Below, in pieces: positions 27,860-35,895 of a DNA stretch of 64,000 nt. Numbering within the stretch: the first letter of the stretch is position 1; every line of letters begins with the position of its first letter. The notes under the pieces were generated by a model, which was given only the letters and a program-made list of their open reading frames with translations, ran no database searches and was not told the origin of the DNA. The stretch is from an uncultured Acidobacteriota bacterium (GTDB lineage Bacteria; Acidobacteriota; Vicinamibacteria; Fen-336): NCBI GenBank assembly GCA_964442185.1, contig CAYTWT010000257.1, positions 97,979-161,978 of the forward strand. The letters are read 5' to 3'. A program made the position numbers and the translations under genes.

Positions 27860-30424
27860 TTACCCGCCGAGGCGCTCGGCCAGGCGGGCGAGCGCTCGAG
27901 ACAGATCCGGCTCGCGATCCAGCACCGGGCGCATCGGATCGCGCTTGCGCTTCGCCAGGCGGGCCGGCAGCGTGCGGATCGTGAAGCGCCTCGGGTCGAG
28001 GCGCTTCGTGACCTCCCTCCACTCGAGCGGTGTCGAGACGGTCGCCCCCGGAAGCGGCCGGACCGAGAACGGCGACGCCAACAACCGGCCGTGTCCGTTC
28101 TGGAGAAAGTCCACGTAGACCCTTCCGCCGCGAGCTGACGGGTTGCGGATGACAGTCGCGAACTTCGGATGACGCTCGACGAGCACCCGAGCCATCAGCT
28201 CTGCGAGCGACCGGGACTGTTCATACGTGAGCTGCCGTCCCAAAGGCACCAGCACGTGAAGGCCCGTGGACCCGCTGCTCTTGGGAAAACTCGGGACGCC
28301 CATCTCCTCGCACAGTTCCCGCGCCGCGCGCGCCAGCGTCACCACGTTTTCGAAGGGCGCGCCCTTGGGGTCGAAGTCGAGGATCGACCAATCGGGGTGT
28401 TGGAGCGTCGCCACGCGGCTCGACCAGATGTGCAACGGGATCGTGCCCAGGTTGGCGAGGTAGAGCAGCGTCTCGACGTCGTCCACCACGAAGTAGTCGA
28501 TCTCGCGCTGGGCGTGCTCGCTCCACATCCGCTCGGTGCGAAGCCAGCCCGGACCGAAACCAGGCGCGTCCTTCTGGAAGAAGTTCTTGCCGGTGATGCC
28601 GTCGGGATAGCGGGTGAGCACGACGGGGCGGTCCCTGAGATAGGGCAGGAGCCAGGGAGAGACCGTGCGGTAGAACTCGATCAGGTCGCCCTTCGTGTAG
28701 CCTTCTTCGGGCCAGAAGACCTTGTCGAGGTTCGTGAAAGCGACCTTCTTCTCGACTTCGCGCACGGGCTTGGCCGGCTCGGGAAGAGCGGGCGGCTTCG
28801 CTTCGACCTCGGCGCCCTCGCGCACGCACTCCTCGGGCGCCTTGTCGTCGCGGAAACGGACGAAGACCGGCTGCCGCAGCAGCCGGCCCGGCGGCCACTC
28901 GAGGTAGCGCACTTCGCAAACGAGGCGCGGGTCGACCCAGACGTGTCCCGCGCCCTTCGGCGTCTCTCCCACGCAGGGAGGCGCTTTGCGCCGGAGCGGT
29001 TCCAGCCGCTCGGGGATCGCCTTCAGGTCCTTCTCGTCGAAGCCGCTGCCGACCCGCCCGGAATACACGAGCCGGCCGTTCTCGTACGCTCCCAGGTGCA
29101 GCGCCCCGAAGCCGGTGCGCATCCCTTCGGGCGGGCTCAGGCCGCAGACCACGAAATCGCCGCTCTTCTCGAGCCGGAACTTCAGCCACTGTGCCGAGCG
29201 CCCCGCCGTGTACCGGGCGTCCGCGCGCTTCGCGAGCATCCCTTCGAGGCCGATCTCGCGCACGCCCTCGTAGAAGGCCTCGCCATGCTCCTCGACGTGT
29301 TCCGAGTAGCGCAACGGCCCCGCGCGCGGCAGCACGCGCGCCAGCAGCTCTTTGCGAGCCGCGAGCGGCAGGCCACGCAGGTCGAAGTCCTCGAACGCGA
29401 GCAGGTCGAAGACGTAGTAGGTCGCCGGCGAGAGCTGGGCGGCGCGCGCGACGTCGGAATCGCGCTTCATCAGGCCTCGCTTCTGCAGGCGCGTGAAGCT
29501 GGGGCGGCCGGCCTCGTCGAGGATCACGACCTCGCCGTCGAGCACCAGACCGTCATAAGGCAGGCCGGAGACCGCCCGTGCGATCTCGGGGAACGTCGCG
29601 GTCGCGTCCGAGCCGCGCCGGAAGACCAGACGCGACTGTCCCTGGTCACGAGCGGCCAGGATCCGGTAGCCGTCGTACTTCAGCTCGAACAGCCAGCCGC
29701 TCCGGGTGAACGGCTGCTCGCGCGACTCCGCCAGCATCAGGCCGACCTTTGCGACGTCGAGCTTCTTCCGCGGCGCCTTCAGCTTGACGAGCTCGGCGCG
29801 GATCGCCTCCGCGCGCTTCGTGCCCTCCTGCAGCTCCTCGAGCGTCAATCCCGAGTAGATCGACTCGGGCTTGAGCGCACGCGCGCCCTCGGACCCCGAC
29901 CACGCGTCGGGCTTCTTGATCAGCAGCCATTCCTTCTGCGTGCTCCGCTGGGCCCGCTTGGTCCGGAACAGGTGCCACAACCCGCGCAGCTTGTAGCCGC
30001 GCAGCTCGAACGTGAATTTGCCCAGCTGCATGCCGTGCTCGGGGTCTTCGTGCGGGATCCAGACGCCCTTGTCCCACACGATCACGGCGCCCGCGCCGTA
30101 GTTGCCTTCGGGGATGAGGCCCTCGAAGTCCGCGTACTCGACGGGATGGTCCTCGACTTCGACCGCGAGCCGCTTCTCGGCGGGATCGGCGGAGGGCCCC
30201 TTCGGCACGGCCCAGCTCAAGAGCACGCCGCCCAGCTCGAGGCGGAAGTCGTAGTGGAGGCGCCGCGCGGCATGCTTCTGGACGCAGAAGATCCGCGGCC
30301 GTGCCCAGGAGGCCGCGGCGGAAGCCTCGACGGGAGGGGCGTCGACCGGGGCCGCGCCCATCGGCTCCGGCGTCCGGTCGCCGGAGCGCTTGGCTCGATA
30401 CCGATCGAGGTTCTTGACCGCCAC
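27860..30424 (-). CDS. ligD: Multidomain ATP-dependent DNA ligase LigD: phosphoesterase, ligase and polymerase (primase-like) domains
   Basis: N-terminal RIFCVQKHAARRLHYDFRLE (PE domain), FELKYDGYR adenylation lysine motif, and a C-terminal LigD polymerase domain. 854 aa. Confidence 0.9.
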   Translation of the reverse strand: MAVKNLDRYRAKRSGDRTPEPMGAAPVDAPPVEASAAASWARPRIFCVQKHAARRLHYDFRLELGGVLLSWAVPKGPSADPAEKRLAVEVEDHPVEYADFEGLIPEGNYGAGAVIVWDKGVWIPHEDPEHGMQLGKFTFELRGYKLRGLWHLFRTKRAQRSTQKEWLLIKKPDAWSGSEGARALKPESIYSGLTLEELQEGTKRAEAIRAELVKLKAPRKKLDVAKVGLMLAESREQPFTRSGWLFELKYDGYRILAARDQGQSRLVFRRGSDATATFPEIARAVSGLPYDGLVLDGEVVILDEAGRPSFTRLQKRGLMKRDSDVARAAQLSPATYYVFDLLAFEDFDLRGLPLAARKELLARVLPRAGPLRYSEHVEEHGEAFYEGVREIGLEGMLAKRADARYTAGRSAQWLKFRLEKSGDFVVCGLSPPEGMRTGFGALHLGAYENGRLVYSGRVGSGFDEKDLKAIPERLEPLRRKAPPCVGETPKGAGHVWVDPRLVCEVRYLEWPPGRLLRQPVFVRFRDDKAPEECVREGAEVEAKPPALPEPAKPVREVEKKVAFTNLDKVFWPEEGYTKGDLIEFYRTVSPWLLPYLRDRPVVLTRYPDGITGKNFFQKDAPGFGPGWLRTERMWSEHAQREIDYFVVDDVETLLYLANLGTIPLHIWSSRVATLQHPDWSILDFDPKGAPFENVVTLARAARELCEEMGVPSFPKSSGSTGLHVLVPLGRQLTYEQSRSLAELMARVLVERHPKFATVIRNPSARGGRVYVDFLQNGHGRLLASPFSVRPLPGATVSTPLEWREVTKRLDPRRFTIRTLPARLAKRKRDPMRPVLDREPDLSRALARLAERLGG

Positions 30425-30428
30425 GTTC

Positions 30429-31400
30429 CTAGCCGCGCCGGGCGCAGATCGCTTTCACGATCGCGTCGCCGTGGAAGCGGCCGGTCTCGATGAAGATCTT
30501 GCTGGTCTCGTTCCCGGCGGCGATTGAGCCGGCCACGTAGAGGCCGCGCACGTTCGTCTCGAGCGTCTCGGGATCGTGCTCCGGCTTGAGCGTTTGCGCA
30601 TCGATCCTGACGCCCGCCTCCACCAGGAGCCGCGGATCCGGGTGATAGCCGGTGAGCAGGAAGATGGCATCGGCGGGAACCTCGTCTCGGCCGCGCGGGC
30701 CCTCGAGCACGACGCTCTTCGCCCGAATTTCGGCGACGCGCGTCTCGAAGCGCGCCGGGACCGCGCCCTCCTTGATGCGGTTCTCGATGTCGGGCTTGAT
30801 CCAGTACTTGATCGAGGGCGAGAGCGAGGCGCCGCGGTGAACGAGCGTGACGCGCGCGCCTGCGCGGTGCAACTCGAGCGCCACGATCGCGGCGGAGTTC
30901 TTGCCTCCCACGACCACCACGTCCTTCCGGTAGTAGGCGTGCGGCTCGTCGTAGTAGTGCGAGACGTGCGGCAGGTCCTCACCGGCGATGCCGAGGCGGT
31001 TCGGGTGATCGTAGTAGCCGATCGCAAAGGCGACGTTCCGCGCGTCGAGGGTCTCGTCGTGGCCGTCATGGCGCGCCAGGACGTCGAAGCCGGCGGCCTG
31101 TGGCCTCGCGCGCAACACCTCGACGCCGAGCGCGATCTCGAGCGCGTAGCTCTCGACGACGCGCCGATAGTAGCGTAGCGCCTCCCACTGGGTCGGCTTC
31201 TCATAGGGCGTCACGAACGGCAGGCGGCCGATCTCGAGCAGGTCGGGCGTCGTGAAGAAGGTCATCGCGCGCGGGAAGTGGAAGATCGAGTTGACTAGAA
31301 CGCCCTTCTCGAGCACCTGGTAGTCGAGGCCCGCGCCGTGCGCCGCGATCGCGACGGCGAGGCCCGCCGGTCCCGCCCCGACGATCAGCAGGTCCTTCAC
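30429..31400 (-). CDS. YpdA-family FAD-dependent thiol-disulfide oxidoreductase-like protein
   Basis: MKDLLIVGAGPAGLAVAIAA...second Rossmann VVVVGGKNSAA. Resembles the YpdA bacillithiol-disulfide-reductase family (inferred). Confidence 0.6.
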   Translation of the reverse strand: MKDLLIVGAGPAGLAVAIAAHGAGLDYQVLEKGVLVNSIFHFPRAMTFFTTPDLLEIGRLPFVTPYEKPTQWEALRYYRRVVESYALEIALGVEVLRARPQAAGFDVLARHDGHDETLDARNVAFAIGYYDHPNRLGIAGEDLPHVSHYYDEPHAYYRKDVVVVGGKNSAAIVALELHRAGARVTLVHRGASLSPSIKYWIKPDIENRIKEGAVPARFETRVAEIRAKSVVLEGPRGRDEVPADAIFLLTGYHPDPRLLVEAGVRIDAQTLKPEHDPETLETNVRGLYVAGSIAAGNETSKIFIETGRFHGDAIVKAICARRG

Positions 31401-32449
31401 AGGTCCTGCCGCGTCACGCCCTCGATCGCGAGGACGAAGTCGGGGCCGTAGGCCTTCGAGGGCGTCATGAACCCCGGGGGAGCGTCGCCGCCCAGCGAGC
31501 GCTCTGCGATCGTCAGCGCCGTGAGCGCCGTCAGCGTGTAGCCCTCGGGCGTCTGCTGTCGAGCCGCCGCGCGGCGTCCCTGGTCGTCCTCGACCTCACC
31601 CCAGAAGAAACACCGTCCGCGCTCACGCGCGTCGGTCGTCGGCCCGGGCGCGCCGGCCCGCACTCGGCGCAGCAGGAAGGACTGGACCGGTCTGGTCGCC
31701 GCGAGTCCGAGCAGGGGCCGCGCGAGCCGCAACGCGAGGATGCGCGCCGGCGCCGCCGCCACGTAGACCTCGATGTTCGGGATGCCGGTGGAGTGAAAGG
31801 CGGTGGACACGTCGCCCCACGGGATGGTCATGGCCTTGCGCGGCCCGCGCCCGAAATCGATGAGTCGCGTCCTGTAGGCAGGCGGAACCGGCGTGAGCAG
31901 GCCGTTGCGCCGCACCAGGCCTCCGCGATGCAGGTTCTCGATCATCGTGGTGAGGGTGCCTCGTGACAGGCCGCCGCTCGAGTGAAACGCGAGCGTCAGG
32001 CGCGTCGCGCTGGGCAGCCGCCTTTTCAGGTGCGCGGCCAGGCAGTCCGAAGGCACCACGTCGAAGCCGGCGCCCGGCAGCAGCATCACGCCGGCCGCTT
32101 TCGCCTCCGCGTCGCGCCCGGCCAGCGTCTCGAAGACCGCGGCTTCGCCCGTGATGTCGAGATATTGCGCGCCGACACGCAGGCAGGCGTCGACCATCTG
32201 CCTGGACGTGTGCGAGAACGGGCCCGCGCAGTGCACGACCACCCGGACACCCTCGAGGCCGCGCTCGAGTGTCGCGGGATGATCGAGCCCGAAGATGCGT
32301 GACTCGAAACCCAGCTCGCGCGCGAGCCCGCCGATCGACCCGCCGCGTGCCGCAAGGATCGGGGCGAGCCCGCGCGCCCGGGCCAGGCGCGCGACGAGCT
32401 CGCCCGTGAAGCCGTTCGCGCCGTAGATGAGTAGCCGGTCGCGCATCAC
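31397..32449 (-). CDS. Saccharopine dehydrogenase-like NAD(P)-binding oxidoreductase
   Basis: LLIYGANGFTGELVARLA...VVHCAGPF. ATGA overlap with the downstream gene. Confidence 0.6.
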   Translation of the reverse strand: MMRDRLLIYGANGFTGELVARLARARGLAPILAARGGSIGGLARELGFESRIFGLDHPATLERGLEGVRVVVHCAGPFSHTSRQMVDACLRVGAQYLDITGEAAVFETLAGRDAEAKAAGVMLLPGAGFDVVPSDCLAAHLKRRLPSATRLTLAFHSSGGLSRGTLTTMIENLHRGGLVRRNGLLTPVPPAYRTRLIDFGRGPRKAMTIPWGDVSTAFHSTGIPNIEVYVAAAPARILALRLARPLLGLAATRPVQSFLLRRVRAGAPGPTTDARERGRCFFWGEVEDDQGRRAAARQQTPEGYTLTALTALTIAERSLGGDAPPGFMTPSKAYGPDFVLAIEGVTRQDL

Positions 32450-32558
32450 TTGGCCTGCGAGGCCTCAGAGACTACTTCATCCCATCGGGCGACGAAAGCC
32501 ACCAGATGTTGTCGCCGGGCATCCATCCACCGCCAGATATTGTGGCTTAACTCCTTGC

Positions 32559-32595
32559 TTGATAATGACTTGCAGTCGCATGCTAAGATGATTTC
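32559..32595 (+). promoter_or_regulatory. Putative sigma70-like promoter for ku giving a leaderless transcript
   Basis: TTGATA (32559-64), a 19-nt spacer, TAAGAT (32584-89), then 6 nt to the ATG at 32596. This is the only AT-rich patch in the area. Confidence 0.35.
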
Positions 32596-33462
32596 ATGGC
32601 AGCACGACCACTGGCTTCCGGCACCCTCAGCTTCGGGATGGTGTCGATTCCGATCAGGCTCTTCTCGGCCGCGGAATCGCAGGCGGCGATCTCCTTCAAC
32701 CTGCTTCACGCCAAGTGCAAGTCCCGTCTGGAGCAGAAGTACTTCTGCAAGAAGGACGGCGAGCAGGTGCCCCGCGACCAGATGGTGAAGGGCTACGAGT
32801 TCTCGAAGGACCAGTACGTGACGTTCACGCCGGAGGAGCTCAAGGCGCTCGAGCAGGAGAAGGAGCGCGCCATCGAGATCACGGAGTTCGTGCCGGCGCA
32901 GCAAGTCGATCCGATCTACTTCGACGGCGCCTACTTCCTCGGTCCCGACGAGGGTGGCGACAAGGCCTACCACCTGCTGGCCGAGGCGATGCGGCAGACC
33001 GGACGCGCGGCGCTCGCCAAGTGGGCGGCGCGCGGCAAGCAGTACCTGGTGCTGATCCGCCCGATGGGCAAAGGCCTCGTCATGCAGCAGCTGCTCTACG
33101 CCGACGAGGTGCGCGCGATCGACGAGGTGCCGCTCGGCGAGGCCGAGGTGAAGGATGGCGAGCTGAAGCTCGCGGTCCAGCTCGTCCACCAGATCGCCTC
33201 CGAGGAGTTCCGTCCGCAGGACTACGAGGACGAGGTCAGGAAGCGCACCAAGGACGCGATCCAGAAGAAGGTCGAGGGCCAGGAGATCACGGCCGCGCCC
33301 GAAGCGCCCAAGGCGCAAATCATCGACATCATGGAAGCGCTCAAGGCGAGCCTCGCGAAGAAGTCCGAGGCGGCGAAGCTCGCTGCGGCCGCCGTTGAAG
33401 ACCGGCCCAGCGCGAAGCGCGCCTCGCGCCCAGCCGCCCGCCCCCTGTCTCGCGCCAGGTAA
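32596..33462 (+). CDS. ku: Ku protein (non-homologous end-joining DNA-end-binding protein)
   Basis: GTLSFGMVSIPIRLFSA Ku core and a Lys/Ala-rich C-terminal tail. Divergent from the ligD operon. Confidence 0.9.
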   Translation: MAARPLASGTLSFGMVSIPIRLFSAAESQAAISFNLLHAKCKSRLEQKYFCKKDGEQVPRDQMVKGYEFSKDQYVTFTPEELKALEQEKERAIEITEFVPAQQVDPIYFDGAYFLGPDEGGDKAYHLLAEAMRQTGRAALAKWAARGKQYLVLIRPMGKGLVMQQLLYADEVRAIDEVPLGEAEVKDGELKLAVQLVHQIASEEFRPQDYEDEVRKRTKDAIQKKVEGQEITAAPEAPKAQIIDIMEALKASLAKKSEAAKLAAAAVEDRPSAKRASRPAARPLSRAR

Positions 33463-33497
33463 CCCCCGGCCTGCCGGGCTGCGGCGCTACCGCCCGT

Positions 33498-34706
33498 TCA
33501 TTTCGTGAGCAGCCTGGCTGCGGCGACGTAAACGTCGTCTGCCGTCACCAGGCGCAGGCACTCGGGCGGCTCGGGTCCCGCGCACTCCTGCGGCGGCTTG
33601 CGGATCAGGTTGCAGGGTGAGCACCAGAGTTCCGCGCGCACGACGACGTGACGCGTGCCCGACGCACCGCTGCCGCCCGAGAAGTAACGCCCGGGATCGG
33701 AAGGGCCGAAGACGCTCACCGACGGTGTTCCCACGGCGCAGGCCATGTGCATCGGCCCCGTGTCCGACGAGAGGAAGAGATCCAGCCGCTCGATCATGGC
33801 CAGCGTCTCCCGCACGCCGAGCCGGCCCGTCAGATCGACGGGCTTCGTCGACAGCGCCTTTGCGAGGACCGCGGCGAGCGGCCGATCCGCTTCCGAGCCG
33901 GTGACGAGGAGCGTCGCGCCGAACTGCTTCTGAAGCCGGAGCGCCACTTCGGCCCAGCGCGCGACGTCCCATTGCTTCACCAGCCGGCCGCCGCTGGGAT
34001 GCAGGCCAATCAGCGGGCGTCTCTCGTCGAGGTGCAGGTTCCGCAGCAGCTCTTCCGCGAAGCGCCGGTCTTCGCGCGTCAGCGGATCGTGCGCGCTGGG
34101 CGTCGAGACGCCGATCGCCGTCGCCACGGCGCGGCGGTTCTGCTCGACCCACGAAATCGTCTCGTCCAGCGCGACGACGTGCGTGAGCAGGTAGCGGCCG
34201 CCGGTGTTGGCGTAGCCGACGCGCGCGCGCGCCCCGGCCAGGCTCATCAGGATCGAGGCGCGGATGTCGCCCTGCAGGTCGATCGCCAGATCGAGGGATG
34301 CATTACGCAGTGCGCGCGCCGCCGCGGCGAGGCTCGAGAAGCTCGTAGCACCTTCGCTCGGACGGCCCACCCAGGGCGCGCTCCAGACCAGGATCTCGTC
34401 CACGGACGCGCCCTTCGCGAGCCCCGCGCTCCAGGCGCCGACGGCGAGGCGGATGCGGGCGTGCGGCAGCGCCGCGCGGAGCTCAGCGAGAGCTGGCAAG
34501 GACATCACGACGTCGCCGATACGATCGAGGCGCAGCACCAGCACCTCGCGCAGCGTGGCGCGATCGAGCGGCTGTGACGCCTTTGGCCGCCAGCCGAGGA
34601 AGAGGCGCCCGGGGAGATCGAGCGCGCCGAGCAGCAGCCGCTCTGCCGGGTCGTAGACCCGGCTCGCGGTGCCGCTAACGGGCTGCCAGCGCCGCCGCTT
34701 GGACAT
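33498..34706 (-). CDS. Glycosyltransferase family 9 (heptosyltransferase-like)
   Basis: VLVLRLDRIGDVVMSLPAL...SSDTGPMHMACAVGTPSVSVFG...CSPC. Start placed at the ATG 34706-34704, overlapping the upstream gene by 32 bp. Confidence 0.75.
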   Translation of the reverse strand: MSKRRRWQPVSGTASRVYDPAERLLLGALDLPGRLFLGWRPKASQPLDRATLREVLVLRLDRIGDVVMSLPALAELRAALPHARIRLAVGAWSAGLAKGASVDEILVWSAPWVGRPSEGATSFSSLAAAARALRNASLDLAIDLQGDIRASILMSLAGARARVGYANTGGRYLLTHVVALDETISWVEQNRRAVATAIGVSTPSAHDPLTREDRRFAEELLRNLHLDERRPLIGLHPSGGRLVKQWDVARWAEVALRLQKQFGATLLVTGSEADRPLAAVLAKALSTKPVDLTGRLGVRETLAMIERLDLFLSSDTGPMHMACAVGTPSVSVFGPSDPGRYFSGGSGASGTRHVVVRAELWCSPCNLIRKPPQECAGPEPPECLRLVTADDVYVAAARLLTK

Positions 34707-35895
34707 AGCACGCTTCGAAGGCCTGTGCGGCCGCATCCCAGGACAGCCGGGTGAGCGCCGTCTGTCTCGCAGCACTCGCCAGGCGCTCGCGGGTCGCGCT
34801 CTCGCGCAGCAGGCGGCGCAAGGCTTCGGCCAGAGCGGCCGGATCCTTCTCCGGGACCAGCAGGCCGTTGCTGTCGTGCTCGATCACGTCGGGGATGCCG
34901 GCGACGCACGAAGCCACGATCGGCCGGCCCGCGGCAAGCGCCTCGAGCAGCGCGTTCGGCAAGCCGTCGACGTTGCCGGCATGGTCCACCACCGAGGGCA
35001 CCACCGCCACGTCGGCCGTGGCGAGCGCAGCGGCCATTGCCTCACGGGGCAGCGCGCCACAGAACGTGACCGGGGCGCCCGTGTCGCGGGCGAGCGTTTC
35101 GAGCTCAGTGCGCAAATCGCCCTCCCCCGCGATCACGACCCGCGCCCCGCCGAGCAGCGGCGCGGCCTCGATCAGGTAGCGAAAGCCCTTCTTCTCCACG
35201 AGCCGTCCGAAAGCCAGAATCAGAAGAGCCTCCTCCGCGACGCCCAGGCGCGCGCGGATCGCGGCGCCATGCTGGGCGTTCAGATCGGGCGCAAAGGCGG
35301 CGACGTCGACACCATAGGCCACGGTGCGGGTCCGCTCCGGAGGCGCGCCGAGGCGCACAGCGCGACGCCGCAGGTCCACGCTGCAGGCGGTGATGGCGCC
35401 CGCCACTCCGAAGGCGCGTTGCGCCAGGATCCGCGCGGGCCACAGTCGCTCCGCCACGAACACGTCGCTGCCGTGCAGGCTCACCACGAACGCCGTGCGG
35501 TGGCCCTGCACGATGTCGGTCACCAAGGCCGCGTTCGGAACGACCCAGTGGGCATGAACGACATCGTAGCGCTCGGCCAGCAGCCGCTCGCTGAGCTGCC
35601 GGCGGAGCGCGAGTGCGACGAAGGGTGCGAGCAGGTACATGCCCTTCCGCACCCGCACGTCGGCCTCGAGGCTCTGCGCGTAGCCCCAGCGGCTCCACGC
35701 CTCGGAGGGGGCGTATGCGTATGGGAAGAAGCGAACGCCCTCATCACCGCCGCGCTGCAGCTCAGGGTGATGCGGCAGGACCACGTCCACCTGGTGCCCG
35801 CGCTTGGCGATGGAAACGGCGATGGACTCGATGAACGGGGCGGTCACGTCGCCGGGGAACTTGGGGTACGACGAGGTGAGCATGAGCACGCGCAT
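34675..35895 (-). CDS. Glycosyltransferase family 4
   Basis: MRVLMLTSSYPKFPGDVTAPFIES...HAGNVDGLPNALLEALAAGRPIV. ATG 35895-35893 shares a base with the upstream TGA. The ORF-track N-terminal 104 aa are artefact. Confidence 0.75.
   Translation of the reverse strand: MRVLMLTSSYPKFPGDVTAPFIESIAVSIAKRGHQVDVVLPHHPELQRGGDEGVRFFPYAYAPSEAWSRWGYAQSLEADVRVRKGMYLLAPFVALALRRQLSERLLAERYDVVHAHWVVPNAALVTDIVQGHRTAFVVSLHGSDVFVAERLWPARILAQRAFGVAGAITACSVDLRRRAVRLGAPPERTRTVAYGVDVAAFAPDLNAQHGAAIRARLGVAEEALLILAFGRLVEKKGFRYLIEAAPLLGGARVVIAGEGDLRTELETLARDTGAPVTFCGALPREAMAAALATADVAVVPSVVDHAGNVDGLPNALLEALAAGRPIVASCVAGIPDVIEHDSNGLLVPEKDPAALAEALRRLLRESATRERLASAARQTALTRLSWDAAAQAFEACYVQAAALAAR

Noticed and set aside
33487-34152. 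Arg-rich ORFs overlapping the GT9 gene
   Set aside because: They sit in an alternative frame of a well-supported GT9 coding region.
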